From an uncultured delta proteobacterium (lineage in GTDB: Bacteria > Myxococcota_A > Polyangia > Polyangiales > Houyiibacteriaceae): DNA of 64,000 bases. The notes under the pieces are model-generated. The model was not told the origin of the DNA, made no database searches, and was given only the letters and a program-made list of their open reading frames with translations. Position 1 is the stretch's first letter. Each line of letters opens with the position of its first letter. Positions 28,094 through 37,331 of the stretch are shown here, in pieces. The stretch is taken from contig CAVOVB010000006.1 in NCBI GenBank assembly GCA_963699755.1, positions 1 through 64,000 on the forward strand, given 5' to 3'. Position numbers and translations under genes: made by a program.

Positions 28094-28660
28094 CTACTCC
28101 TGCTTCGCCGGACCGGATTCGCGGTCGTAGGCGTCGACACCCAACTGCACGGTGTACCCGGTCCGCATGCGCCCGCCCGTCATCTGGATGCGTTCGATTG
28201 CGATGGGATACGAGCTGTTCTCGATATCGGCGAGCATTTCAATCAAGGGACGAAGCTCAACCACGGGTAACGACACGCGCACCGAACGTCGGCTGTACGC
28301 GCCCAAGTCGAGATCCGGTTGGTCGGTAATGCCAAGCCCGGTCACTCCGTATTGCTGAGCGCGCTCTTCCAGGAAGCCGCCCAGGGACGGCGCCTTCCGG
28401 TTGTACAATTTCTCTACCGCGATTCGGTCTGCCTTCTGTTGCCGCAGACGAGGCTCCGAGCGGCGAATGTCCTGCAAGACCTGGGAGATTTCCACGTTCT
28501 CGGTCTCGATGTCCGAAATGCTTGCGATCGCGATGTACATGGGGAGGATGACTATGATTGCGACGAACACCACCGCCATGATAGTGAGAAGTCGACGTTC
28601 TCGGCTGCTCAGGGCATCAGCCCAGCTGCGTACGTTGTCCAGTGCGTCTCCGAAAGCCAC
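28094..28660 (-). CDS. gspM: Type II secretion system protein M
   Basis: GTG start; LSSRERR plus TM, coiled coil and ferredoxin-like C-domain; follows gspL. Confidence 0.8.
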   Translation of the reverse strand: MAFGDALDNVRSWADALSSRERRLLTIMAVVFVAIIVILPMYIAIASISDIETENVEISQVLQDIRRSEPRLRQQKADRIAVEKLYNRKAPSLGGFLEERAQQYGVTGLGITDQPDLDLGAYSRRSVRVSLPVVELRPLIEMLADIENSSYPIAIERIQMTGGRMRTGYTVQLGVDAYDRESGPAKQE

Positions 28661-28661
28661 G

Positions 28662-30131
28662 CTATCTCCCCTTCTTCGGGCGAGAGGGCTTGTCGTCGCA
28701 CTTGACCTTGACGACCAGCTTGTAGTCCTTGCGGTCGCCCACCGCGTTCGAGATTGACCCCTTTTCGGCTTCCGCGAAGCAGGGATGTTCCTGAATCTCA
28801 TCCACGAGCCGATCACGCTCGGCGATGGAACCCACGGTGCCCTGGATCTCGACGCGGCCGTTGTCACCGTCGTCGTCGATTTCGATGAGAAGCCGTCGGG
28901 TATCATGTTGAATGTCTTCAGGAATGCTCTCCGAGATCGCCTCGAGAACATCGTAGGCATCGAAGCGAGGGAGCGGGTCGTCGATGCGGGGTCCGGCCGT
29001 GAGGAGCTCGCGCGCATGGAGCGCACTGTGCGCCTCTTCGCCGAGCAATTCCTTGCTGACTTCCACCAGCCTTGCCGTGAGCCGTTCGTGCTCGGCTTGC
29101 GCGACTTGGTACCGCGCGAACAGTGAAACACCGAAGGCGAGAACGATTGCGGTGAGGCACACGGCGATCAGACGAGCGTGCTTGCGGAGCTCGCCCGCCG
29201 TGGCTGCCGACGCAAATTCCCCTCGTCGGAGGTCGAGCTGCTTCCTCCGCGAGATGGCCCGCGATGCGAGGGCTGCTGCCTTGGCAAACTTCGGCAGAGT
29301 ATCTTCGTCCGCCCCGGCGGCCAGTGGAAGTGGCGCTACGCCGCAGTCGATGCCGAGCTGTTCGGTCAGCCAACCCCTCGCGCTCTCCATGGGCGCAGTC
29401 TCGCCTGAGAGCAGGACCAGAGTAGGCTCTTCGGCGCGCCACGCCCGGTAGCTCGCGAGTGTGCTTTGCAGTGAGGCGCCGAGTCGAGCGCGCTGGCCCG
29501 ATTCCACAAGGTCCATCCCGCCGGAAACGGTTCTGGCAAACGTGCATGCACCATTGGTCAACACCGCGAAGTCGGTGTTCTTCGGGCCGACATCGACGAT
29601 GATGACCGTTCGGTTTCCGAGCGAGTCGCGGAGAAGCGCCCCGAGACCATCGAACGCCGCTGCCCCGACGGCAAGCTCAGTCGGATCGACCCCGGCAGAC
29701 TGAAGCTCTCTCAAGCGGTGGGAAACATTCTGGCGGGGGACGGCGACGGCCATGAGCTGGACGGTCGACTCGTCTCGGCCGACTACTTGGTAGTCGATGA
29801 TCGCGTCTTCGATGTCGAAAGGAAGGACAGCCCCGAGCTCACCGGGCAATACTTCCGCGGCCTTCTTCTCGACGCCGGCGGGCAGGTCCAGCAGACGAAG
29901 TGACGCTGCCTCACCGTTCAACGAGGCGATGATGCGGTCAGGCGCTCGGGCTCCTTGGCTCAGGATCTGCGCAATCGCGGCCTCGAGCACGCCCGGCTCC
30001 AATTCCGATTCGGCGGAGTAGGGCAACGGCACTTCGGCGTATTGCTCCATCTCGGATCCGCGCATCGTGGTTCTCAGAAACGCGCCGCGAACCACTCGCG
30101 ATGTGACCTCTAATCCCAAAACCAAAGACAT
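28662..30131 (-). CDS. gspL: Type II secretion system protein L (PilM/actin-like cytoplasmic domain)
   Basis: VLGLEV, LPFDIED, IIVDVG, LDLRRGEF then TM; operon position. Confidence 0.82.
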   Translation of the reverse strand: MSLVLGLEVTSRVVRGAFLRTTMRGSEMEQYAEVPLPYSAESELEPGVLEAAIAQILSQGARAPDRIIASLNGEAASLRLLDLPAGVEKKAAEVLPGELGAVLPFDIEDAIIDYQVVGRDESTVQLMAVAVPRQNVSHRLRELQSAGVDPTELAVGAAAFDGLGALLRDSLGNRTVIIVDVGPKNTDFAVLTNGACTFARTVSGGMDLVESGQRARLGASLQSTLASYRAWRAEEPTLVLLSGETAPMESARGWLTEQLGIDCGVAPLPLAAGADEDTLPKFAKAAALASRAISRRKQLDLRRGEFASAATAGELRKHARLIAVCLTAIVLAFGVSLFARYQVAQAEHERLTARLVEVSKELLGEEAHSALHARELLTAGPRIDDPLPRFDAYDVLEAISESIPEDIQHDTRRLLIEIDDDGDNGRVEIQGTVGSIAERDRLVDEIQEHPCFAEAEKGSISNAVGDRKDYKLVVKVKCDDKPSRPKKGR

Positions 30132-30132
30132 C

Positions 30133-31482
30133 TCAATTCACCCGATAGTAGTGGAACACGCCCAAACCTGGGATTCGTCCCGTATTGGGCGGCGGTGGAA
30201 CCCAGCGCGCATGGAAGTTGACGACCGACTCGATTCGAACCTGAGATCGTCCAACCAGTCCTACGGCCTCGATGGTGAATATCTGAGCAGAGTTCGAAAA
30301 CGAGCGCGCCAGCGGGGTGCGTTGCTCGGCTGGGATCTCGATGGGCGTGAAGAGGAGCTCGCTGTCGGCACCGAGAAAGCCCGTGAGCATGCCGTACAGG
30401 TCCTTTTCGGATCCCTTGCCTTCGACGAAGTTGAGCAGGTCGGTCGGGCTGCTGAACAAGGGAATCGGAATGAGTTGACGAATCGTGGTGAGAATCTGGA
30501 TGAACTTGACGCTTTCGAGAGGATCGGCGCAAAGGCTGACGTCGGGCACGAAGGAGCAGATCCTGCCGAGCAGCACTTGAGGGCTCGCTTCGTTCACGTT
30601 CACGAGGCCTGATGCGTAGATCGTCATGAGCCGTGCCACCGGGTCGTTGGGTATCGGTTCGACGAAAGTGGCCCAGAAATCGTCGTTGAAGCCTCGCACC
30701 AGGCGTAGCTCCTCTATCGAGTCGAAGGGGGCGTTCTTGTTTCGGTAAGGGTTTTCGTTCAGTTGATAAAGCGAGTCGTCTTCTATTCCCGTGCCGCCGG
30801 TCCGGGTCTGCGCTGCGCCTGGATCGAAATCGGTGCGCTGAATGTCCTGATCCCACCAATCGATGACCGCAGTGATGAGATCGATGCGCGTGGTCAGGGT
30901 GCCGGTCTCGTCTTCTTTGGTGAAGAGCGCATCGTAGGGGCTCGATGGGAGTTGTCCGCCCGTGAGTGAGAAGAGCTGCGTCGCCACGGCATTGCGCGCC
31001 TGATCCCCATCGAGGAAGAGCGGGTCGTTGACATTGACTTTGCCGTTCTCGCTGACCACGCGGACGTGGCATTCGCCCGGAAGATTGTCGAACCCCACCG
31101 TATCGCCGAAGTCGACACCGAGCTCCATCAATGTGTCGCGCTGGTCTTCGGGGGTGCAGAACGGGGCGAGGAGCTCGTTGGCGAAGTTCCAGACCGGCAG
31201 CTGAGGTGCAGAGCGACCCGTTGCGGCTCGATAAAGCGGGTCGACGAAGCGCCTGACATCGGGCTCCTTCGCGATCAGAAGACGCGTGAGGTTGGTCGCG
31301 CTCTTCGCCATGTACTCCGCTTGAAGGGCATCCCGCTGCGCAGACGACACCGCAAACGCCGTGCCGGTCGTCTGGTACATGTCCGTCAGCATCACCGAGA
31401 GTATCGCTACCGTCGCGATCGCCATGATGAGCGCGATCCCTTCTTCAGAACCCTGACGATGTGATCTGCTGCTGCGGCTCAT
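30133..31482 (-). CDS. gspK: Minor pseudopilin K
   Basis: G|IALIMAI with no Glu5; ENGKVNVN; DWWD; KNAPFDSIEELRLVRG; VNVNEAS. Confidence 0.9.
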   Translation of the reverse strand: MSRSSRSHRQGSEEGIALIMAIATVAILSVMLTDMYQTTGTAFAVSSAQRDALQAEYMAKSATNLTRLLIAKEPDVRRFVDPLYRAATGRSAPQLPVWNFANELLAPFCTPEDQRDTLMELGVDFGDTVGFDNLPGECHVRVVSENGKVNVNDPLFLDGDQARNAVATQLFSLTGGQLPSSPYDALFTKEDETGTLTTRIDLITAVIDWWDQDIQRTDFDPGAAQTRTGGTGIEDDSLYQLNENPYRNKNAPFDSIEELRLVRGFNDDFWATFVEPIPNDPVARLMTIYASGLVNVNEASPQVLLGRICSFVPDVSLCADPLESVKFIQILTTIRQLIPIPLFSSPTDLLNFVEGKGSEKDLYGMLTGFLGADSELLFTPIEIPAEQRTPLARSFSNSAQIFTIEAVGLVGRSQVRIESVVNFHARWVPPPPNTGRIPGLGVFHYYRVN

Positions 31483-32165
31483 GGGTTGTAATTCGCGTGG
31501 TTGAGAGCGTAATTGAGTGGAATCGTGACCCTGGTGCCAAAGGCTTCGGTCTCTCCCCGGCGGCGCGGGTGCTTGACGGCCAGTCGGATTCGCACCTGGG
31601 TTGGCAGTCGGTTGGGCTGCGCGAGCACGTCCTCGGTGTTCCAGGTTTGCACCCATTCGCTCAACAACGGATCGAAGTATTCGATGTTGAGCTCTTCAAC
31701 GTTCTCGACCAGAATTTGCGACTTGCCTCCGCGTCGCGGCTCGTCGTCGATTCGGTTCTGCTCGCGCCGAGCGAGCACCTGCGTCCCTGGGTCGTCCGGA
31801 TGCTCGGTGACGAAGTAGCTGATTTCGTTCTGATCCGACTCGCGCGCGTTTCGATACAGTCTTCGATGCGAGAACGACGTGAAATCGATACGGTCCTGTT
31901 TGCCGTGGTCCGTGCCGATGAAAGCAGTCTCGACGACGCGAAGATCGGGCGACGGATTGGTGTGGGTCGACACGAAAGCCATCGTTAGCTCTCGACTCAT
32001 GCGCTCGAGCGCCATGTGAATGATGCGTGAGTGGTCGACGTCCCCTTCGACCCGCGCCTTGTTGAGGGCCGTCTGAGAGAAGCCGCCGTAGATCATGGTG
32101 CCGACCAGTGCGAGCACTGTTACGGCGAGGATGACCTCGAGCAGCGTGAAACCCCGTTTCCTCAC
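31479..32165 (-). CDS. gspJ: Minor pseudopilin J
   Basis: RG|FTLLEV; RLPTQVRIRL near the C-terminus. Confidence 0.88.
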   Translation of the reverse strand: MRKRGFTLLEVILAVTVLALVGTMIYGGFSQTALNKARVEGDVDHSRIIHMALERMSRELTMAFVSTHTNPSPDLRVVETAFIGTDHGKQDRIDFTSFSHRRLYRNARESDQNEISYFVTEHPDDPGTQVLARREQNRIDDEPRRGGKSQILVENVEELNIEYFDPLLSEWVQTWNTEDVLAQPNRLPTQVRIRLAVKHPRRRGETEAFGTRVTIPLNYALNHANYNP

Positions 32166-32788
32166 TACTGGCCTTCCTCCGCTAGAGATTCGTCCGTCGG
32201 CGCCGCTTGCTCGGACACGAGAAACTGTGTGACGTCGAAGCCTCGCTGCTTGGATCCCTCCGTCCAACTTACGGTCACCGTAGCTCTTCGGACCTGCTCT
32301 TCGAGAAAGGGCTTCAAGATCGGAAAGCCAATCTGCAAGGCGAGCATTGCGAGGTTCCCGGCCTGGCCTGCGATCACCTGTTCCGTAGGTCCGCCCTCGC
32401 TCGTTACCTCATCGACCGCCTCGTTTACAATCTCGGTGGGGCTGTTGCCCTCATCGCCTTCGCCGTCTTCGTCGTCTTCTCCCCCGACACCGAACTCTGG
32501 CAGGACGATTCGGTCGACGATCCACTCGCACTCGAAGCCCTCCACCGGTGCGTGCTCGCAGCAATTGTCGGTGTCTTTCTTCTCGAGGGCGGGTAAGCCT
32601 TCGATTGCGATGACTTCTTCGATCTCTCCCATTTTGCAGCGCGCGAGGGTTGCAGCGACGCTTTGTCGGCGAGCACGTGCGGCAACGTTAGCGGCACCGA
32701 CCTCGCTCGAGAATATTGCGGTGAGTGAGATGCCGAGGATCGCCACAGCGATCATCACTTCGAGCAGCGTGAAGCCGGTGCGGTTCAT
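32165..32788 (-). CDS. gspI: Minor pseudopilin I
   Basis: TG|FTLLEVMIA; VRRATVTVSW. Confidence 0.88.
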   Translation of the reverse strand: MNRTGFTLLEVMIAVAILGISLTAIFSSEVGAANVAARARRQSVAATLARCKMGEIEEVIAIEGLPALEKKDTDNCCEHAPVEGFECEWIVDRIVLPEFGVGGEDDEDGEGDEGNSPTEIVNEAVDEVTSEGGPTEQVIAGQAGNLAMLALQIGFPILKPFLEEQVRRATVTVSWTEGSKQRGFDVTQFLVSEQAAPTDESLAEEGQ

Positions 32789-33474
32789 AGCGAATCCTCG
32801 ACTTCGCCATCGTCCTCTAGCTCGTTTAGCGGCTCGTAGGCGAAGTTGTGAATACGTGCGTTGCCGGTGAGTGGGTGAATCTCGATGCTGTAGACAGAGT
32901 CACTCGAGTCGCTCAGCTGAATGACCGCGTGCTCCGTCAAGCCTCCCGGGAAGAAGTAGAGCGACCCGTCTCCATCCGTCCGAGTTTCCGTTTCGTGCGG
33001 CGTGATCAAAGCGTGTAGGGAAACCCCATCGGCGAGCGGCTTCGCGCTGTACTCCTCCAAGACCTTTCCATTCTGGTTCGTGATCGGCTGGAACGGCGAG
33101 GTCGGCTCTACCGGGGTCAAGGGTTGTTCGAGCCTGGACCTGGCGAGATCCCAGGGGTCGACCGCCTGACCTTCGGCGGCTTCGAGTTGTTCGTTGGTGG
33201 CTAGAGTGACCGGTGTCTCTGTCTCCTCGACGGCCATCGTGTTCTTCTCGAAATCGAAGAGGAGCCGCGTCGTCGTGCCCTGGGTGAGGGAGCGATTGTA
33301 GGCGAATTGCGCAGCGCTCATCACTCTGTAGGCCGCAGACCGCAGCCGGCTTCGACTGATCGCGCCCAGGCCAAAGGTTGCACCGGTAATCACGACCGCA
33401 ATGATCGCCACTACCAGAATCACCTCGATGAGGGTGAAACCGCCGTTCGTTCGGGATGGGAAGCGTCTCAGCAT
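32785..33474 (-). CDS. gspH: Minor pseudopilin H
   Basis: GG|FTLIEV; YFFPGG; IHPLTG. Confidence 0.87.
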   Translation of the reverse strand: MLRRFPSRTNGGFTLIEVILVVAIIAVVITGATFGLGAISRSRLRSAAYRVMSAAQFAYNRSLTQGTTTRLLFDFEKNTMAVEETETPVTLATNEQLEAAEGQAVDPWDLARSRLEQPLTPVEPTSPFQPITNQNGKVLEEYSAKPLADGVSLHALITPHETETRTDGDGSLYFFPGGLTEHAVIQLSDSSDSVYSIEIHPLTGNARIHNFAYEPLNELEDDGEVEDSL

Positions 33475-33480
33475 GATTCG

Positions 33481-33876
33481 TTAGATGTCGTCCTCGGTGC
33501 CGAACTGCAGGTCTGGGCCTGCCGAGACGACGGCCACGTCACCGTCCTCGCAGTTGACTTGAAATGGTGTGTTCCAAGCATCCGTCGACCGACGACTGCT
33601 GTCGAGGTATCGCTCGGTGATGAGATCTTCCACGGTTGGACAGCCTCTGGGGTTGTCGGCCACGTAGAGCATCACGGCCGAACGAAGCGCCTGCGCGTCC
33701 GTCGCCGTGGTCTTGATGCGTGCTTCTTCGAGCCGAGGCAAGAGCGCTACAGCAACGCCACCGGCCATCATGGCGAAGATCGTGATGACGATCATGATTT
33801 CGATGAGGGTGAAGCCCTCCTGGCGCCTGCGCCGGTCCAATCGCCGTTGAGGGCTTGTGTTGTTCGTGTTGGGCAT
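33481..33876 (-). CDS. gspG: Major pseudopilin G
   Basis: GGGAGG RBS; EG|FTLIEIMIV; DAWNTPF; SAGPD.QFGTEDDI. Confidence 0.9.
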   Translation of the reverse strand: MPNTNNTSPQRRLDRRRRQEGFTLIEIMIVITIFAMMAGGVAVALLPRLEEARIKTTATDAQALRSAVMLYVADNPRGCPTVEDLITERYLDSSRRSTDAWNTPFQVNCEDGDVAVVSAGPDLQFGTEDDI

Positions 33877-33893
33877 AGAGCCTCCCGTTCGCT

Positions 33894-34316
33894 TCATTGA
33901 ATGTTGTCGTCCTTCAAAAACGAGCCACTGGGGCCCGCAGAAATCACTTCGGCTTCCTCCGCGAAGTAGCCCGGACAGCGGATCGCGAGGGATCTCCCCC
34001 AGCCGTCCTTCGGCATCGCAGCGAGGTAGCGCTTCTGAGAGAGCGGAGGGTGAAGCAGCTCGGTCTCCGAGACTGGGCAGCGCCCCACGTCCGACCGAAA
34101 TTGGTCGATCGCTTGCTTCACCTGAGCGATCACGACCCGGGTGTCGCGGAGCTGGACCCGACGCCGCGCGTAGCGCGCGAACCCGAGCGTCAGCGCGATT
34201 AGCAAGAGGGCCCCGAGCAGTGCCTGCCAGCGCGTGCCGTGTAGAGGATTGCGCCAGCGCCCTCCACGGCCCTCCCAGGGAAGTGAAACTCGCTCTCTTT
34301 GTGTACGTCGCGTCAT
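33894..34316 (-). CDS. GspG-like protein lacking a canonical prepilin cleavage site
   Basis: F..D.GRCP, DGWGR, SAGPSG...DDNI match the GspG globular domain; N-terminus has a TM helix but no G|FxxxE. Confidence 0.78.
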   Translation of the reverse strand: MTRRTQRERVSLPWEGRGGRWRNPLHGTRWQALLGALLLIALTLGFARYARRRVQLRDTRVVIAQVKQAIDQFRSDVGRCPVSETELLHPPLSQKRYLAAMPKDGWGRSLAIRCPGYFAEEAEVISAGPSGSFLKDDNIQ

Positions 34317-34325
34317 GCTCGTCTC

Positions 34326-35549
34326 TCATTGAATCATCTCGTTGAGCTGGAGCAGCGGCATGAGAATGGCGAATGCGATCCCTCCAACGACGACGCCCAT
34401 GACCACGATGAGCACAGGTTCGAGGATCGACGTCATCGCGCCGACTCGCACTTCGATCTGCTGGTCGTACGTGTCGGCGACGTGCACCAGCATTTCTTCC
34501 AGCTGACCGGAGCGCTCACCCACGGCAATCATGTGCGTCACAATCGGCGGGAATCTGCCTGCCTGCCGCAGCGGCTTGGCGATTCCTTCGCCCTCACGAA
34601 CGCTTTCGCGCGCCTCCTCGACTACTCGCATCAGCTCCGTATTGCCGAGAACGTTGCGCGTGATGTCCATGGCGGTGAGCACGGGGACTCCGCTCGACAG
34701 GAGCGTGGCGAGCGTCCGTGCGAAGCGGGCCACGGCAATCATGACTATCAATGGCCCAAAGAGCGGCGCCTCCAGCACGAGGAGGTCCCATCTCCTGCGG
34801 CCGTCTTCGGTCGCCTTCCAGCGGCGGAACCAATAGACTCCTCCGCCGATGAGCGCCGCGAGGAGCCACCAGTAGTTGCTGAAGACGTTACTAACCCAAA
34901 TCAATAGGCTGGTGTACCAGGGAAGCGTCTGGTTGAAGTTCTCGAAGATCGACGTGACCTTTGGAACCACCACCGACATCATCAAGAAGAGAATGGCAAC
35001 CACGACCACAGCCATGACGACCGGATAGGCGAGGGCACCACGAACCTTGCTCTGAAGTCGGGTCTGTTCGTCCAGGAACTCGGCAAGTCGGCCAAGCACC
35101 TCCTCGAGCGTGCCTGACGCTTCACCCGCGGCCACCATGTTGACATAGAGCGGGAGGAAGATCTTGGGGTGTGCCTTGAGCGCGTTGGCGAGCGTGCTGC
35201 CTTCGTTCACCTGATTGCGCGTATCGGTAAAGGCATTCTTGAGCTCGGGCTGGTCGAGCTGTTCAATCAAGGCGCTCAAGGCTTCGACCAAAGGGACGCC
35301 CGAACGGATCAAGACCGAGAGTTGCCGGGTTGCCATGGCAACGTCCATTGGCGAAACGCGCCGAAACATCCGTCCGAAGTCGATGTCGCGTGATGCTTTG
35401 CGCGCCGCCTCCGATTGTTCGAGAATCTCGGTAGCCAGGACCCCGTCACGCTTGAGCACAGTGCGCAGCGCCTTGGCACTATCGGCATCACGGACACCCT
35501 TTACCGACTTACCTCGCCCGTCGATGCCCTTGTATGCGTAGACCCCCAT
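34326..35549 (-). CDS. gspF: Type II secretion inner-membrane platform protein F
   Basis: RQLSVLIRSGVPL, AGEASGTL, ALAYP, VGERSGQL, LEP. Confidence 0.95.
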   Translation of the reverse strand: MGVYAYKGIDGRGKSVKGVRDADSAKALRTVLKRDGVLATEILEQSEAARKASRDIDFGRMFRRVSPMDVAMATRQLSVLIRSGVPLVEALSALIEQLDQPELKNAFTDTRNQVNEGSTLANALKAHPKIFLPLYVNMVAAGEASGTLEEVLGRLAEFLDEQTRLQSKVRGALAYPVVMAVVVVAILFLMMSVVVPKVTSIFENFNQTLPWYTSLLIWVSNVFSNYWWLLAALIGGGVYWFRRWKATEDGRRRWDLLVLEAPLFGPLIVMIAVARFARTLATLLSSGVPVLTAMDITRNVLGNTELMRVVEEARESVREGEGIAKPLRQAGRFPPIVTHMIAVGERSGQLEEMLVHVADTYDQQIEVRVGAMTSILEPVLIVVMGVVVGGIAFAILMPLLQLNEMIQ

Positions 35550-35552
35550 GGA

Positions 35553-37331
35553 TCAGACCTCTGCCGCCTGAGTCGCCGCGAGTACTTCTTCGACGCTGGT
35601 GACGCCTGCCACGACTTGACGCGCTCCGTCCTCGCGCAGAAGCCGCATACCCTGGTGCTGTGCGACCCTCTGAATCGTCTTTGCGTCGCTGTTGTTCAAG
35701 ACTTCGCGGCGTACGGGCTCGTCGATCATCATGAGCTCGAAGATCCCGATTCGGCCGCGATAGCCCGTGTTGCTGCACTCGTCGCATCCACGGTGGTGGA
35801 AAAAGGTCAGCTTCCCTGAGCCGTCACCTGCCGGATCGGGCAGGGTCACGGGGTTGCTTTTGCCGATTACGGTCGTCGCAGCGAGCTTCCGAAGCTCTAC
35901 CAGCTTCTCTTCGGCAATCGCCGCGTCGATTCCCAGCTCGCGCAGGTCTTGCGCGGTCGGTGTGTACGGGCTCTTGCAATGCTCACAGAGCTTTCGAACC
36001 AGGCGCTGAGCCAGGACTGCGAGAACCGAAGAAGAAATCTGATAGGCCTGCACGTCCATGTCGACCAAGCGGGTGATGGCGCTCGGTGCGTCGTTGGTGT
36101 GCAGGGTCGAGAGCACGAGATGACCGGTGAGCGAGGCGTGAATCGCAATTTCGGCCGTTTCCTGGTCGCGAATCTCGCCGACCATGATCACATCCGGATC
36201 CTGGCGAAGGAAGCTCCTCATGCCCGAGGCGAAGGTCAGCCCAATTTTCGGCTGAACCTGCATCTGCCCGATGCCGCGGAGCTCGTACTCGACCGGATCC
36301 TCCGCCGTCAGGATGTTCTTTTCAGGCGTGTTGATCTTGTTCAAACAAGCATAAAGCGTGGTCGTCTTCCCCGACCCCGTCGGGCCTGTGACCAAGATGA
36401 TGCCATTCGGGCGTCTGATGAGTTTCTCAAGCTGGTCGAGCTCTTTACGCGCGAAACCTAGATCGATGAGGTTCAGCAAGACCTGTTCCTTGTCGAGCAG
36501 ACGCATGACGACCCGCTCGCCCTTGGCCGTCGGGATGGTCGATACACGAACGTCGATCACCTTACCTGCGATCTTTTTGGTGATACGTCCGTCCTGTGGA
36601 AGGCGCTTCTCTGCGATGTTGAGGCCTGCCTCGATCTTCACGCGGCTCACGATGGACGAGAGGAATCCACGATTTGCTTCTTTGCGGGGAATGAGCCTTC
36701 CGTCGACGCGATACCGAACCACGACCTTTTCGTCGGTAGGCTCGATATGGATATCAGACGCGCGCTCCTTTACTGCCGTGTAGAACAGGTTGTTGACCCA
36801 TCGAATGACTGGCGCTTCGTCGGTCATGTCGATGAGGTCGCGAAGCTCTTCGACCTCCTCGCCTTCCTTCGCCTCGGCAAGAGCGGTTTCATCCTTGCGT
36901 TCGTAGACGCGGTTGATCGCGTCGTCGATGCTCTCTTCTGAAGCGGCCACTGGAATGATCGTCTTCCCCAGAAGAATGCGCAGGTCGTCGATCGGGAACG
37001 GGTCTAGGGGATTAGCGACGGCAACGCGGATGGTATCGCCGGAGCGGGACAACGGGAGCACGTGGTTTTGACGGGCGAAGTTGATCGGGACGGCATCGAT
37101 GAGGTCTTCCGGAATCAACTCCGTGGCGAGCTTCTCGACGAACTCGATGCCCACCTCATCGGCCAGCGCGCGGACGAGCTTCACCTCTTCCACTGCGTGT
37201 GTTGCAATCAAGAGGTCGGTGAGGTCGACCGATCGATCCGCTGCCGTCTCGAGCGCATGCTCGAGCTTGTCCGGTTCGAGCGCGCCGCGCCGAACGAGGA
37301 TCTCGCCGATGTAGCGTTGCTCGAAGCTCAT
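35553..37331 (-). CDS. gspE: Type II secretion ATPase E
   Basis: ASDIHIEP, RLPQDGR, GPTGSGKTT, EDPVE, LRQDPD, TGHLVLSTLHTND, two CxxC. Confidence 0.96.
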   Translation of the reverse strand: MSFEQRYIGEILVRRGALEPDKLEHALETAADRSVDLTDLLIATHAVEEVKLVRALADEVGIEFVEKLATELIPEDLIDAVPINFARQNHVLPLSRSGDTIRVAVANPLDPFPIDDLRILLGKTIIPVAASEESIDDAINRVYERKDETALAEAKEGEEVEELRDLIDMTDEAPVIRWVNNLFYTAVKERASDIHIEPTDEKVVVRYRVDGRLIPRKEANRGFLSSIVSRVKIEAGLNIAEKRLPQDGRITKKIAGKVIDVRVSTIPTAKGERVVMRLLDKEQVLLNLIDLGFARKELDQLEKLIRRPNGIILVTGPTGSGKTTTLYACLNKINTPEKNILTAEDPVEYELRGIGQMQVQPKIGLTFASGMRSFLRQDPDVIMVGEIRDQETAEIAIHASLTGHLVLSTLHTNDAPSAITRLVDMDVQAYQISSSVLAVLAQRLVRKLCEHCKSPYTPTAQDLRELGIDAAIAEEKLVELRKLAATTVIGKSNPVTLPDPAGDGSGKLTFFHHRGCDECSNTGYRGRIGIFELMMIDEPVRREVLNNSDAKTIQRVAQHQGMRLLREDGARQVVAGVTSVEEVLAATQAAEV

